Both the position numbers and the translations under genes were made by a program. This document shows positions 39,258-48,612 of a stretch of 64,000 bases of DNA, one piece after another (within the stretch, counting starts at the first letter, position 1; the number at the start of each line of letters is the position of its first letter). A model generated the notes under the pieces. The model did no database searches and had not been told where the DNA came from. It saw nothing but the letters and a program-made list of their open reading frames with translations. Source of the stretch: Rhodobacterales bacterium (GTDB lineage: Bacteria; Pseudomonadota; Alphaproteobacteria; Rhodobacterales; CAZPXZ01); contig CBDCUM010000007.1 in the NCBI GenBank assembly GCA_965222665.1, positions 22,058 through 86,057 on the forward strand. Direction: 5' to 3'.

Positions 39258-41686
39258 CTGCCCTTGCTACATAACTCTTCGCTTGACACGGCCTGAAATC
39301 GGGTGCATGTTATGAGACATGTATGAGCAGAGCCGCATTCTCGAAAGCGTTACCAGTGCTGCGGGCGAGGCCCGCATCCGGTTGCTGACGGCTGCGGAGA
39401 GTTTTGCCAATCGCACGGCGCTCGGCCGCCGGGTGTGCGAAGAGTTCGGATTCTACGATGCGCTTGGCCGGCCGCAACAGGCGAGCTGCATGAAGGCGCT
39501 GCGAACGCTTGACGAACGAGGGCGGATCACGCTGCCTGCACCGCGCAATGGCGGCGGCGGTGGCGCGCCTCGCGGGCTTGGGCACCCGGTTCCGGTTCCC
39601 GAGGGAGTTCCTTCGCGTGTCGACGCAGTGGAGGGGTTGTCGCTTGTGCTGGTGGTTGGCGATGGCGAGCGCCGGGTTTGGAACGAGTTGATCGCGCGGG
39701 AGCATCCTCGCGGGGTGGTGCGGCATGCGGGAGCGCAGCTTCGCTATCTGATTGTTTCGGATCACGGCGTTCTGGGGGCTCTGGGATTTGCGGCCTCGGC
39801 ACTGGCGCTGGCGGCGCGGGACCAGTGGATCGGCTGGGACGCGGCCTTGCGCAAGCGTCAGTTGCATCGGGTGGTGGGACTGAGCCGGTTCCTGATCCGT
39901 CCGTCCGTGAGTTGCCGGAACCTGGCCTCGAAGGCGCTGGGTCTGTGCCTGCGGCGTCTGGGGGAAGACTTTGAGCAGCACTACGGGTACCGGCCGCTGC
40001 TGGTAGAAACCTTTCTCGATCCTGCGAGGCACGGCGGCGCCAGCCTTGCCGCGTCGAACTGGATCCGTGTCGGCGAGACGGCCGGCCGCGGTCGATTTGC
40101 GGCGAGCGGTGCCCAGGTGCCGGTGAAGTCGGTGTGGGTGGTTCCCTTGGCCGCGAACTGGCGTCGGCAGCTGGGGATCCCGGAGCGCGCGCCGGTTCCG
40201 GCGATCTGCGTCGGAGACGGCCTGGATCGCGAGCAATGGGCGCAAAACGAGTTTGGTTCGGCGCCTCTTGGCGATATACGGTTGAGCAGGCGGCTGGTGA
40301 GGAGCGCCGCGGTTCAGGCCGACCACCCGATGTCGTCCTTTCCCGCGGCCGCGCAATCGGACAAGGCGATGGTGGTGGGCTACTACCGGATGATCGACCA
40401 GCCGGCGGATTCAGAGGTGTCGCCGACGAACATCCTGGCGCCGCACCGGGCACGCACGCTGCAACGGATGCAGGGGGCGGACGTGGTTCTGTGCATCCAG
40501 GACGGAACCGATCTGAACTTCGCCGAGCATCCCGGCTGCGCGGGACTTGGGCTGATCGGCCGGAACAAGGGATCTTCGGGAACGTTGGGGCTGCACATGC
40601 ACTCGATGCTGGCGGTCAATGGCGACGGCATTCCGCTGGGAGTTCCGCACATCCAGTACGACGCGCCGGACGGTGCGGCGGAGCGGGACAAGCCGCCCGA
40701 AGAGCGCAAGACGCAGCGGTGGGTGCGCGGACTGCAGGACTGCGACCGGCTGGCCCGCGAACTGGACGGTGTGCGCCCGGTGTCGATTGCGGACCGGGAG
40801 GGCGATTTGTTCGAGTTGTTTGTCGAGCAGCGCCGCCTCGGCACCGTCGACCTGCTGGTGCGCGCGAAGCACAACCGGTCGCTCGGACGCAAGCAGCCGA
40901 AGCTCTTCGATGTGGCGCAGGCGCAACCCGTGCGCAAGCAGCTCGAGATCCATGTGGCGCGCAGCTCGGCGCGCCGGGGAACCCGACGGCAGAAGGCGCG
41001 CGGGAAGCGGGACGCACGCAAGGCAGTTGTCGAGTTGCGCTGGAGTGCGGTCGAGCTACCGCCGCCCGAGACGAGCAACTTCCGGAACGAGGCGCCGATC
41101 CGCCTGAACCTGGTGCATGTTCACGAGCCGGAGCCGCCGGACGGGGACAAGCCCCTCGAATGGTTCCTGCTGACCAGCCTGCCGGTGGCCTCGGACCGCG
41201 ATGCGGAGCGGATCCTCAAATGGTATCGCCTGCGCTGGCGCATCGAGGACTGGCACCGGGTCCTGAAATCAGGCTGCAAGGTCGAATACCTCGGTCATCG
41301 CACCGGCGATCGCATCGAGCGGGCCGTAACCATCAACGCGGTCATCGCATGGCGCTTGACGGCGATGACGATGATGGGCCGCGATACTCCGGAACTGCCG
41401 GCAGACATCCTGTTCTCCGACATCGAGATCATGGCGCTCGAAGACTTCGCAAGCGACCGCAAGCTGCCCGCGCCCGGCAATCTCGGGCTGGCGGTGCTCA
41501 CCATGGCCATGCTCGGCGGATACCTCAACCGCAAAAACGATCCGTGGCCAGGCCACGAGAAAATCTGGGAGGGATATACGCGCCTTGCGGTCGCCGCGCA
41601 GACCTACGAAAGACTCATCCGGATGGACCGCACCAGCAACTTGTATCAGAGGCTGCGCCCGGACAAGACTTGTGGGTAAAAGGCAG
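39258..41686 (+). mobile_element. Tn5-like (IS4 superfamily) insertion sequence, copy type 2, 2429 bp
   Basis: 19-bp ends CTGCCCTTGCTACATAACT (39258-) and reverse complement CTGCCTTTTACCCACAAGT (-41686). The 8-bp duplication CCCGCGGC lies at 39250-39257 and 41687-41694. Confidence 0.85.
39319..41679 (+). CDS. fusion transposase: N-terminal DUF4338 (DruA-like) domain plus Tn5-type DDE transposase
   Basis: GAQLRYLIV, DQWIGWDAALR, VVGLSRFLIRPSVSCRNLASKAL, LLVETFLD and LAASNWIRVGETAGRGR. Next the Tn5-type block WAQNEFGSAPLGDIRLSRRLVRSA. DDE: LCIQDGTDLNF, VSIADREGDLFELF, WYRLRWRIEDWHRVLKSGCK. Confidence 0.85.
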   Translation: MYEQSRILESVTSAAGEARIRLLTAAESFANRTALGRRVCEEFGFYDALGRPQQASCMKALRTLDERGRITLPAPRNGGGGGAPRGLGHPVPVPEGVPSRVDAVEGLSLVLVVGDGERRVWNELIAREHPRGVVRHAGAQLRYLIVSDHGVLGALGFAASALALAARDQWIGWDAALRKRQLHRVVGLSRFLIRPSVSCRNLASKALGLCLRRLGEDFEQHYGYRPLLVETFLDPARHGGASLAASNWIRVGETAGRGRFAASGAQVPVKSVWVVPLAANWRRQLGIPERAPVPAICVGDGLDREQWAQNEFGSAPLGDIRLSRRLVRSAAVQADHPMSSFPAAAQSDKAMVVGYYRMIDQPADSEVSPTNILAPHRARTLQRMQGADVVLCIQDGTDLNFAEHPGCAGLGLIGRNKGSSGTLGLHMHSMLAVNGDGIPLGVPHIQYDAPDGAAERDKPPEERKTQRWVRGLQDCDRLARELDGVRPVSIADREGDLFELFVEQRRLGTVDLLVRAKHNRSLGRKQPKLFDVAQAQPVRKQLEIHVARSSARRGTRRQKARGKRDARKAVVELRWSAVELPPPETSNFRNEAPIRLNLVHVHEPEPPDGDKPLEWFLLTSLPVASDRDAERILKWYRLRWRIEDWHRVLKSGCKVEYLGHRTGDRIERAVTINAVIAWRLTAMTMMGRDTPELPADILFSDIEIMALEDFASDRKLPAPGNLGLAVLTMAMLGGYLNRKNDPWPGHEKIWEGYTRLAVAAQTYERLIRMDRTSNLYQRLRPDKTCG

Positions 41687-43339
41687 CCCGCGGCAGTAGC
41701 AGGAGGCGGACACCGGCACATCGGTTCGGGCCAGGGCGATATCCAGCCGCTGCTTCAGGATGATGGCCTCCTCGCTCCGCCCGAGACGCTCCAGGCACTC
41801 GTGGTATCCGTGGAGGCTCCAGACATTCTCCGGATGCTGGCAGGCCCGGCTCAGGGTTGCGTCGAAGCCGAGATCGGCACGGTAGACTGCCGCGGCCTCC
41901 TCCACGCGGTCCTGCTCGAGCAGGAGCGCGCCGAGCGCATGCCGCGCTGGCTGCATCCAGCCCCAGGGCTCGTCATACGGAAGGTTGTCGTCGAGATCGA
42001 CAGCGCTCCGAAGATGGGCGAAGGCGGATTCGCACCCCCCGCGGCGGTACTCGATCTCCCCGAGCATCATCTCGCGGGCGACCGCGAGAATGTCGAGGCA
42101 CCGGTTGTTGAACACGTAGCGCGTATCGGGGACACGGGCGAGCGCCTCGTCGAAGCACGCCGCCTCCGCGTCCGCCTGGCCGACATCCCCCAGCACGCCG
42201 TGCGCGACGGCGCGGGCATAGCGCATCATCGCGACGGTTGTGCAGTAGAGCTCCGGATTCCCGGGAAGCTCCTGCGCAAGGATCTCGCGCCACTTGCCGA
42301 ACCGGATCAGGACATGCTGCTTCATGGGCACGAATCCCTCGAGCCAATCCGCCATCGGGGGCGATTTGACCGTCAGCAAGTCCTCGCTCAGCGTCCCGAT
42401 CATCTCCTCGGCGGCCGCGATCGCGGGGGCGTACTGGCCGAGGAACATCGCGCCATAGATCTTGAAGTGGTAGTTGTGGCACCGGTAGAGCGAGTAGAAA
42501 TTGATGGCCCCGTCGCGCTCCAGGAATTTCCGGTCGGCCGCAATCCCTTTCTCGTTGGTCTCGACCACGGCCCGATAGTCGCCGCACAGCACATCGACAT
42601 GCGTCGGCATGTGGCAGAGATGGCCAGCGTCCGGCACGAGATCCCGAAGTTGATCGCAGGCCTTGAGCGCCCGCTCTGGATGTGGCGACATCTCCATGAG
42701 ATGGATGTACATGTGGAGCAGCCCCGCATGGGGAGGCTCCCCCCGCGCCTCCCGGCGCGCCATGCCCGCTTCGAGAACGCGGATCGCTTCCGCGGTGCCC
42801 GCGCCTTCGGCAATCCCCCCGGTCTTGAGATCCCAGAGCGCCCAGGGAGTCCGGTTCATGATCGCCTCGGCGAAGAGCGCCACGATATCGGAGTCGCCGC
42901 CGTGCGCGGCGTGCACCGCCCGCATCGCGTCCGCAAAGGCATCATTCCAGGGGCACATGTCATCGGCCGGAACGTCCGAGGGGTACCGGCTTCCCAACGC
43001 TCCGATCAAAGCGGATTCCGCTTGCGAGGCCTTGCCCGAATTCGCCAGGGCGGAAGCCCGCCCCGCCGCATCGCGGGCCGTTGCGAGCGAACGCTGCGCG
43101 TCATCCTCGTCGAACGCCTCCCAGGGCTTGTTGTAGTTTGGACCGGCCGAATACCCCATCCCCCACCATGCCATGGCGCAATCGGGATCCGCTTCGACCG
43201 CGCGCCGGAAACACGCGATCGCCTCCTCGTGGTGGTAGCCGTACATCCACGCCAGGCCGCGGTCGAACCACGCCTGCGCCGCCGGGGAAGCGGTGGTCAC
43301 CGGCCGGCTGTAGGCGCCCAGGTCATAGTCGTAGGACAC
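41615..43339 (-). CDS. conserved TPR-repeat protein; last codons replaced by IS-derived sequence
   Basis: GTG 43339 follows AAGGGAGGA. Repeated TPR-like helices (WFDRGLAWMYGYHHEEAIACFRRAVEADPDCAMAWWG..). The IS end at 41686 falls after ..SASCYCRG. The native tail would be TG* (stop at 39241-39243). Confidence 0.75.
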   Translation of the reverse strand: MSYDYDLGAYSRPVTTASPAAQAWFDRGLAWMYGYHHEEAIACFRRAVEADPDCAMAWWGMGYSAGPNYNKPWEAFDEDDAQRSLATARDAAGRASALANSGKASQAESALIGALGSRYPSDVPADDMCPWNDAFADAMRAVHAAHGGDSDIVALFAEAIMNRTPWALWDLKTGGIAEGAGTAEAIRVLEAGMARREARGEPPHAGLLHMYIHLMEMSPHPERALKACDQLRDLVPDAGHLCHMPTHVDVLCGDYRAVVETNEKGIAADRKFLERDGAINFYSLYRCHNYHFKIYGAMFLGQYAPAIAAAEEMIGTLSEDLLTVKSPPMADWLEGFVPMKQHVLIRFGKWREILAQELPGNPELYCTTVAMMRYARAVAHGVLGDVGQADAEAACFDEALARVPDTRYVFNNRCLDILAVAREMMLGEIEYRRGGCESAFAHLRSAVDLDDNLPYDEPWGWMQPARHALGALLLEQDRVEEAAAVYRADLGFDATLSRACQHPENVWSLHGYHECLERLGRSEEAIILKQRLDIALARTDVPVSASCYCRGLPFTHKSCPGAASDTSCWCGPSG

Positions 43340-43372
43340 TGCACCATCCTCCCTTTCGCGGGGCCTCCTTGT

Positions 43373-44077
43373 TCAGGCCCCGAAATACGCCTCCCGCACA
43401 TGCGGATCGTCCCGCAGTGCCTCTGCTGTTCCGCTCAGCCGGATCTCTCCGGTCTCCAGCACATGGATCCGGTGTGCGAGCCGCATCGCGAAATTCACGT
43501 TCTGCTCCGTGATGAGCACGGTCAGGCCCAATTCCTCGTTCATGCGCCGGAGCGCGGCGGCAATATCCAGGCAAACCTTCGGCGCCAGACCGATGGTCGG
43601 CTCGTCCACGATCAACAACCGTGGCCCGGACATCAGCGCCCGGCCCAGCGAGACCATCTGCCGCTCCCCTCCGCTCTGCGTTCCGGTCTCCTGCTTCTGC
43701 CGCTCCTCGAGAATCGGGAACAGGTCGTAGACCCGGCGCAGGTTGCGGTCGATTTCCTTCGGGGCCGTATGGGCACCCGCCAGGAGATTGTCGCGAACAC
43801 TCATGAACGGAAACAGGTGCCCCCGCTCCGGCGCGTATCCGACACCAAGGCGCACAATCTCCGTCGGCCGGCGGCCGGACAGGCTCTCGCCGTCAAGCAC
43901 TACTTCACCCCGGATCGACACCAGGCCGAGAATGGAATCCAGAAGCGTGGACTTTCCGGCGCCGTTCGGACCGATCACCGCGACAATTTCTCCGGCCTCC
44001 ACCGAGAGCGAGACCCCATGCAGCGAACATGCGCGGCCGTAGAACGCCTCCAGGTTTCGAATGTCGAGGAAGGCCAT
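43373..44077 (-). CDS. ABC transporter ATP-binding protein (LivF-like)
   Basis: GPNGAGKSTLL; QSGGERQMVSLG; LLIVDEPTIGLAP; ends REAYFGA. Confidence 0.9.
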   Translation of the reverse strand: MAFLDIRNLEAFYGRACSLHGVSLSVEAGEIVAVIGPNGAGKSTLLDSILGLVSIRGEVVLDGESLSGRRPTEIVRLGVGYAPERGHLFPFMSVRDNLLAGAHTAPKEIDRNLRRVYDLFPILEERQKQETGTQSGGERQMVSLGRALMSGPRLLIVDEPTIGLAPKVCLDIAAALRRMNEELGLTVLITEQNVNFAMRLAHRIHVLETGEIRLSGTAEALRDDPHVREAYFGA

Positions 44078-44086
44078 CGGGAACGC

Positions 44087-44818
44087 CTACGCCTCGCCCA
44101 GGTAGGCTTCCCGGACCCTCGGATCCGCCATCGCCTCCTCGAAGGTTCCGCGCGAGATCTCGGCACCAAAGGCCATCACCACGACCCGGTCGACCAGGGG
44201 GGCAAGGGACCGGAGGTCGTGGCTGACGATGACATAGGTCATCCCCTCCTTCCGGCGCGCCTGCAGCAACTCGGTGAGCTGCGCGATTTCCCCGACGGTG
44301 AGTCCGGCGAACACCTCGTCGAGCAGCAGCATCTCCGGTCCGGTGGCCAGCGCCCGCGCGAGCTCAAGCTTGCGGAGTTCGCCCATGGACAGCTGGCCCG
44401 GCAGCATCGCCGCCTCGCGGGCACCAAATCCGACGCTCTCGAGAATTCCCCGCTCCCGGTCCTCCGGCTCCGTCTCAAACACCAGGCGGCGGATGCTGTC
44501 GGGCATCATCCCGACCCGGACATTTTCCAGCACGTTCATCTCTCCGAACGGACGCGGCACCTGGTGGGTGCGCGCCATTCCACGAACGATGCGGGAATGG
44601 GTCGGAACCCGCGTAATGTCCTCGCCCCGGAAGTGGACGCTGCCGCTATCGGGCCGAATATCACCCATCAGGATGCTGAATGCGGTGGTCTTGCCGGCAC
44701 CGTTCGGGCCGATCAGGCCCACGGACTCCCCGGCGTCGACGCGCAGGTCCAGGCCATTGACCGCCACCAGACCGCCAAAGCGCTTGGTCGCGCCGCGCAA
44801 CTCCAGGAGCGCGCTCAC
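44087..44818 (-). CDS. ABC transporter ATP-binding protein (LivG-like)
   Basis: GTG 44818 overlaps the permease TGA (GTGA) and follows GGAG. LLELRGATKRFGG; GPNGAGKTT; LLLLDEVFAGL. Confidence 0.88.
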   Translation of the reverse strand: MSALLELRGATKRFGGLVAVNGLDLRVDAGESVGLIGPNGAGKTTAFSILMGDIRPDSGSVHFRGEDITRVPTHSRIVRGMARTHQVPRPFGEMNVLENVRVGMMPDSIRRLVFETEPEDRERGILESVGFGAREAAMLPGQLSMGELRKLELARALATGPEMLLLDEVFAGLTVGEIAQLTELLQARRKEGMTYVIVSHDLRSLAPLVDRVVVMAFGAEISRGTFEEAMADPRVREAYLGEA

Positions 44819-45783
44819 GAAATCAGCTCCTGCCAGCGCCGCGGGGCCAGGCGCTGCCACGTCTTGCTGATGATCCGGTGCAGCCCCCGCGGCTCCAGCA
44901 CATAGACGACCAGCGCAATGGAGCCGTAGATGAAGTACCGCTCGGGTCCCGGCAGCACCGGCCTGAGATACTCCAGGAGGAAGGTGAGGAAATAGGCGCC
45001 AAGGATCGGGCCGGCGACGGTTCCGGAGCCACCGAGAAGCGCCGCCACGAGAATGGTGAACAGGAAATTGATGTCGAACAGGCCGCGCGGCGCGATCGAG
45101 CCCAGGTAATGCGTGTAGAAGGCCCCGCCCACACCGGCGATGAACGCGCTGACGATGAAGGCGAACAGCTTCAGGCGGGTGGTGCTGAGGCCGGAGTCGG
45201 TCACCGCTTCCTCATCCATGCGGATGGCACCAAGCGCTACGCCCATGCGGGTCCGGAACAGGAGCCAGACCGCGATGCCCACCGCGAAGGTGATCGCGAA
45301 GGAAACGTAGAAATTGGGAACTGCGCCTTTCACGACCGAGTCGATCCCCGAGAGCCCACGCGTCCCGCCGGTGACGCCCGGAGCGACGACCTTCGTCATC
45401 TCGTAGATGAGCTCCATGAAGGCCAGCGTCACAAGGGCGAAATAGGTGCCCCGGATCCGAAGTGCCGGAAGGAAGAACAGGGTTCCCCCGACCACGGCCG
45501 CCAGGACGCCTGCAGGAATGGTGAGCCAGAGCGGCCAGTCGAGATGGTACGATAGGATTGCGCTCGTGTACGCCGCAAGTCCGATCAGGAACGGATGGCC
45601 GAAGCTGATGTAGCCGGTGCGGCCCGAGATCACGTCCCAGCTCATGGCGAAGATCGCCAGGAAATTTGCAAAGACCATCACCCGCACCGTGCCGGTCGGA
45701 AGGACCAGCGGCGCAATGCACATCGCCACTCCGAACAGCAGCCACAGGGTGAGTTGCCTGCCTGTTCTGCCGGGACGCATCGT
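44815..45783 (-). CDS. branched-chain amino acid-type ABC permease (LivM-like)
   Basis: A 322-aa membrane protein from MRPGRTGRQLTLWLLFG. ATG 45783 overlaps the upstream stop. Confidence 0.85.
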   Translation of the reverse strand, partial: TMRPGRTGRQLTLWLLFGVAMCIAPLVLPTGTVRVMVFANFLAIFAMSWDVISGRTGYISFGHPFLIGLAAYTSAILSYHLDWPLWLTIPAGVLAAVVGGTLFFLPALRIRGTYFALVTLAFMELIYEMTKVVAPGVTGGTRGLSGIDSVVKGAVPNFYVSFAITFAVGIAVWLLFRTRMGVALGAIRMDEEAVTDSGLSTTRLKLFAFIVSAFIAGVGGAFYTHYLGSIAPRGLFDINFLFTILVAALLGGSGTVAGPILGAYFLTFLLEYLRPVLPGPERYFIYGSIALVVYVLEPRGLHRIISKTWQRLAPRRWQELIS

Positions 45784-46634
45784 CAGAGCTCCCCGCGCCC
45801 GAAGAGGCCCTTGGGCGAAACGACCAGCACGACGATGATCAGCAGCATCGTGAACACGTTGCGCAACTCGGCGGCGATCAGCGTGGTCGTGATGGTCTCC
45901 ATGAATCCGATCAGGTGGGCCACGACGAGGCTTCCGATGACGCTCCCGATTCCGCCGACCACGACCACGGCCACCGCGATGATGAGGGGCGTCACCCACA
46001 TCCCGGGGCTGAGCTGGGTGTAGGTGGCGAAGAACACGCCGGCGAGGGCGCCCAGCGCGCCGGATATCGCCCAGGTGGCCAGACTCGCCATGTCGGGGTC
46101 GATGCCGGAGAGGATCGCCCCCCTGCGGTCCATGGAGACTGCGCGGATCGCGCGTCCCATCCGCGTGTAATGGGTGAAGAGAAGCAGGCCGCCAAGCGCC
46201 GCCCAGCTCATCACCATGGCGGCCAGGATATTGTATGTCGCGAACACGCCCTCAAAGCGGAAGACGCCGTTCACGAGAGGCCACATCGTCTTCGGAGCAG
46301 CCTGGAAAACCAGGACGATCGCGGCCTGCATCACGACGGCGAGCATCAGCGTCGAGATCTCGACCGCGATGGGATTCTCGCCGAGGCGGCGGACGAGCAC
46401 GCCGAAGGTGATGACCCCGAACGCGACTCCGGCAACCACCGCAATAAGAAGTCCCGCGATCTTGGGCATGCCGGCGAGTTGCACGACGGTGTAGTAGACG
46501 TAGCCTCCCAGCATGATGTACACGCCGTAGGCGAGATTGAGCACCCGGCCGACACTGAAGATCATCGTGAATCCGACCGCCAGGAGGGCATAGAGGCCGC
46601 TCAGGGCAAAGCCCTGAATAAGAATGTTGATCAT
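45783..46634 (-). CDS. branched-chain amino acid-type ABC permease (LivH-like)
   Basis: MINILIQGFALSGLYALLAVGFTMIFSVGRVLNLAYG is a typical LivH N-terminus. Confidence 0.88.
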   Translation of the reverse strand: MINILIQGFALSGLYALLAVGFTMIFSVGRVLNLAYGVYIMLGGYVYYTVVQLAGMPKIAGLLIAVVAGVAFGVITFGVLVRRLGENPIAVEISTLMLAVVMQAAIVLVFQAAPKTMWPLVNGVFRFEGVFATYNILAAMVMSWAALGGLLLFTHYTRMGRAIRAVSMDRRGAILSGIDPDMASLATWAISGALGALAGVFFATYTQLSPGMWVTPLIIAVAVVVVGGIGSVIGSLVVAHLIGFMETITTTLIAAELRNVFTMLLIIVVLVVSPKGLFGRGEL

Positions 46635-46716
46635 GTGGCGGGGCCTGCCGGCGCTTCGGAAGGGGGCGCGCCCCGGGGATCCGGACCGGATCCCGGGGCG
46701 CAGGGCTTCAGCCGGA

Positions 46717-48030
46717 CTACTTCAGCCAGGAAGGAACGTCAAACACTCCGTTGGCGTATTTCGGCGGATACACCACCTTCACGCTGCCGTCCTCGTACCA
46801 CTGGACAATCACCATCGGCGGCCCGCCCTCGTCGAACGGCGGGGTCACGTCGAACCGGATGTTGTGGGGCCATTCCCGCCCGGTCCTCGGCTCAACTTCA
46901 CCTCGCTGGAAGTAGGAGTAGCGGTGCCAGAACTCCCCGTTCCGGGTCAGCACGACATCGGTCTTCTCCATCTCGCGCACCCAGTCATCGAGCGGCTCGA
47001 AGCCGCCAGAACGCTCCGCCGCAGCAAAGGCGTTTTTAACGCCGTAATAGGCGTTGTAGCCGTTGAAGTGAGGAACAACCGGCCGGGATTCGCCGTATTT
47101 CGCCTGGTACGTCTTCAGGAATTCTGCCGACACGTCGTCGAGATCCATGCCGACGGCAGGCATGGGCGAAAAGGTCGAAGTGCCACCGCCCTGGCCGCCC
47201 GTGTCCTCCCAGAATTCGAGGCCCAAGGCCGAGACGTTGATGCCGGTCATCGGCATCGGAACCTGGAGCTTCACGTATTGGGAGGACGGCACCTCGCTCT
47301 TGACCGAGGAGATCAGGTAGATAAAGTCAGCCCCCGTGCTGACAGCTTCGTTGAAGATTGGCGCGAAATCAGTCGCATTGTAGTCATATACTATGGTGTC
47401 GAGAACCTTGATTCCCGCCTCACCCTCAATCACACCAACCACGAACTCCTGCACAGCTCCCGCATAGGCCGTGTCCTCCTGCAGGATGACGGTTGTCTTC
47501 CAGCCCATCTGCTCAACAAGCACCTCCTTGCCGAAATCGACGTACATGGTGCCGAGCGCCCAGTCATTGCCGATGTTCATGAAGTACATCTTGTAGGTCT
47601 CGAATTCAGTCGCGACCTTCTCGATGATTCCGTAGAACGAAGTCCAGGTGTCGAGCGTGGGGATGCGGTACTCAGCCATGCGCGGCAGCCAGCCGAGCGA
47701 AACGTCGTCAATCGAACCGGAGACGATGAAGTCGACCTCCTCGACCTCCGCGAGATACTCGTAGGCCTTGATCCCCTCCGTCGGGTCCTGACCTGTGTCC
47801 GCCTTGACCAGCTGAATTTCCCGGCCGCCGAGAGCTCCGCCGGCGGCATTCAATTCCTCGATAGCGATCTCTGCACCCCGGAGCGTGCTCTTCCCGGTAT
47901 CCGACGCGAAGGAGCCGATAAAGCCCACTACCACCGGATCGTCAGCAGCCGCGCCGCCTGTCGGCGCGCCAATAGCGCCAATCAGGACCACCGTTGCGAG
48001 GAACGCCGGAACTCGCTTGATTGCGTGCAT
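46717..48030 (-). CDS. periplasmic substrate-binding protein, Leu/Ile/Val-binding (type I PBP) family
   Basis: ATG 48030 follows GGAGGAG. Signal peptide MHAIKRVPAFLATVVLIGAIGAPTGGAAA. VVVGFIGSFASDTGKSTLRGAEIAIEELNAAGG. Confidence 0.85.
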   Translation of the reverse strand: MHAIKRVPAFLATVVLIGAIGAPTGGAAADDPVVVGFIGSFASDTGKSTLRGAEIAIEELNAAGGALGGREIQLVKADTGQDPTEGIKAYEYLAEVEEVDFIVSGSIDDVSLGWLPRMAEYRIPTLDTWTSFYGIIEKVATEFETYKMYFMNIGNDWALGTMYVDFGKEVLVEQMGWKTTVILQEDTAYAGAVQEFVVGVIEGEAGIKVLDTIVYDYNATDFAPIFNEAVSTGADFIYLISSVKSEVPSSQYVKLQVPMPMTGINVSALGLEFWEDTGGQGGGTSTFSPMPAVGMDLDDVSAEFLKTYQAKYGESRPVVPHFNGYNAYYGVKNAFAAAERSGGFEPLDDWVREMEKTDVVLTRNGEFWHRYSYFQRGEVEPRTGREWPHNIRFDVTPPFDEGGPPMVIVQWYEDGSVKVVYPPKYANGVFDVPSWLK

Positions 48031-48191
48031 AATCTCCTCCTCTGCTGTCCACCGCCGGCAGTTGCCGACGGGATCTCCCGGATCCGGCCTGCCGGCACCG
48101 GGATCGTTGCCGGGGCGCACCCGCGGGGCGCGTCCCGTTCGAAACCTCTGCTCGACCCGCGGGACCGGACGCTATCCGGACCCGTGCCTCC

Positions 48192-48599
48192 TCAGTATTC
48201 GATCGTGCCCTCCTCGTCATGGACGATGGCGTCGACTTCGACCTCGACCATCATTCCGGGCGTGGTCAACCCGGCCTCCACGCCGGTTGACACGGGCCGG
48301 ATGCCGCGGAAGACCTTGCCATGCGCCCGAACGAATTCGCCCGCCTTGCCCAAGTCGGACAGGAACGCCCGGGTTCGCGTCACGTGGCGCATCTCCGCGC
48401 CGACCTCCGCGAGCGCCTTCTCCACACGTCCGAAGGCGAACAGGGTCTGCGCGTAGGTATCTCCCGGCGCGTGCAATTGCCCCGAGGGCTCGATCGCGGT
48501 GGTGCCGGCAATGAAGACGAACGGGCCGACCCGCTTGGCGCGGACATAGGAACCGATCTCCTCGAACCTTCCCCCGCCTGCCGCGCTTCGAAGAACCAT
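48192..48599 (-). CDS. RidA/YjgF/UK114-family reactive-intermediate (imine/enamine) deaminase
   Basis: ATG 48599 follows GAGGGAA. VGPFVFIAGTTAIEPSGQL..DTYAQT..FGRVEKALAEVGAEMRHVTRTRAFL..EVEVDA. Confidence 0.8.
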   Translation of the reverse strand: MVLRSAAGGGRFEEIGSYVRAKRVGPFVFIAGTTAIEPSGQLHAPGDTYAQTLFAFGRVEKALAEVGAEMRHVTRTRAFLSDLGKAGEFVRAHGKVFRGIRPVSTGVEAGLTTPGMMVEVEVDAIVHDEEGTIEY

Positions 48600-48612
48600 T
48601 TCCCTCTTCCGC

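Noticed and set aside
11201-41679. Druantia anti-phage system, suggested by three DruA-like DUF4338 domains
   Set aside because: I found no DruB/C/D genes and no large DUF1998 helicase (DruE) anywhere in the window. Every DUF4338 copy lies inside the inverted repeats of an insertion sequence, fused or coupled to a transposase.
41585-44905. Very long ORFs, all taken from the track: 41585..44905 (+, 1106 aa), 25782..27836 (+, 684 aa), 19680..21473 (+, 597 aa), 11210..13111 (+, 633 aa), 50465..52393 and 32554..34482 (642 aa), 7114..8133 (-), 62071..63555 (-), and 14366..15961 (+)
   Set aside because: All are antisense or out-of-frame shadows of well-supported genes in stop-poor GC-rich DNA. Their translations are Arg/Pro/Gly/His-rich with no family motifs.
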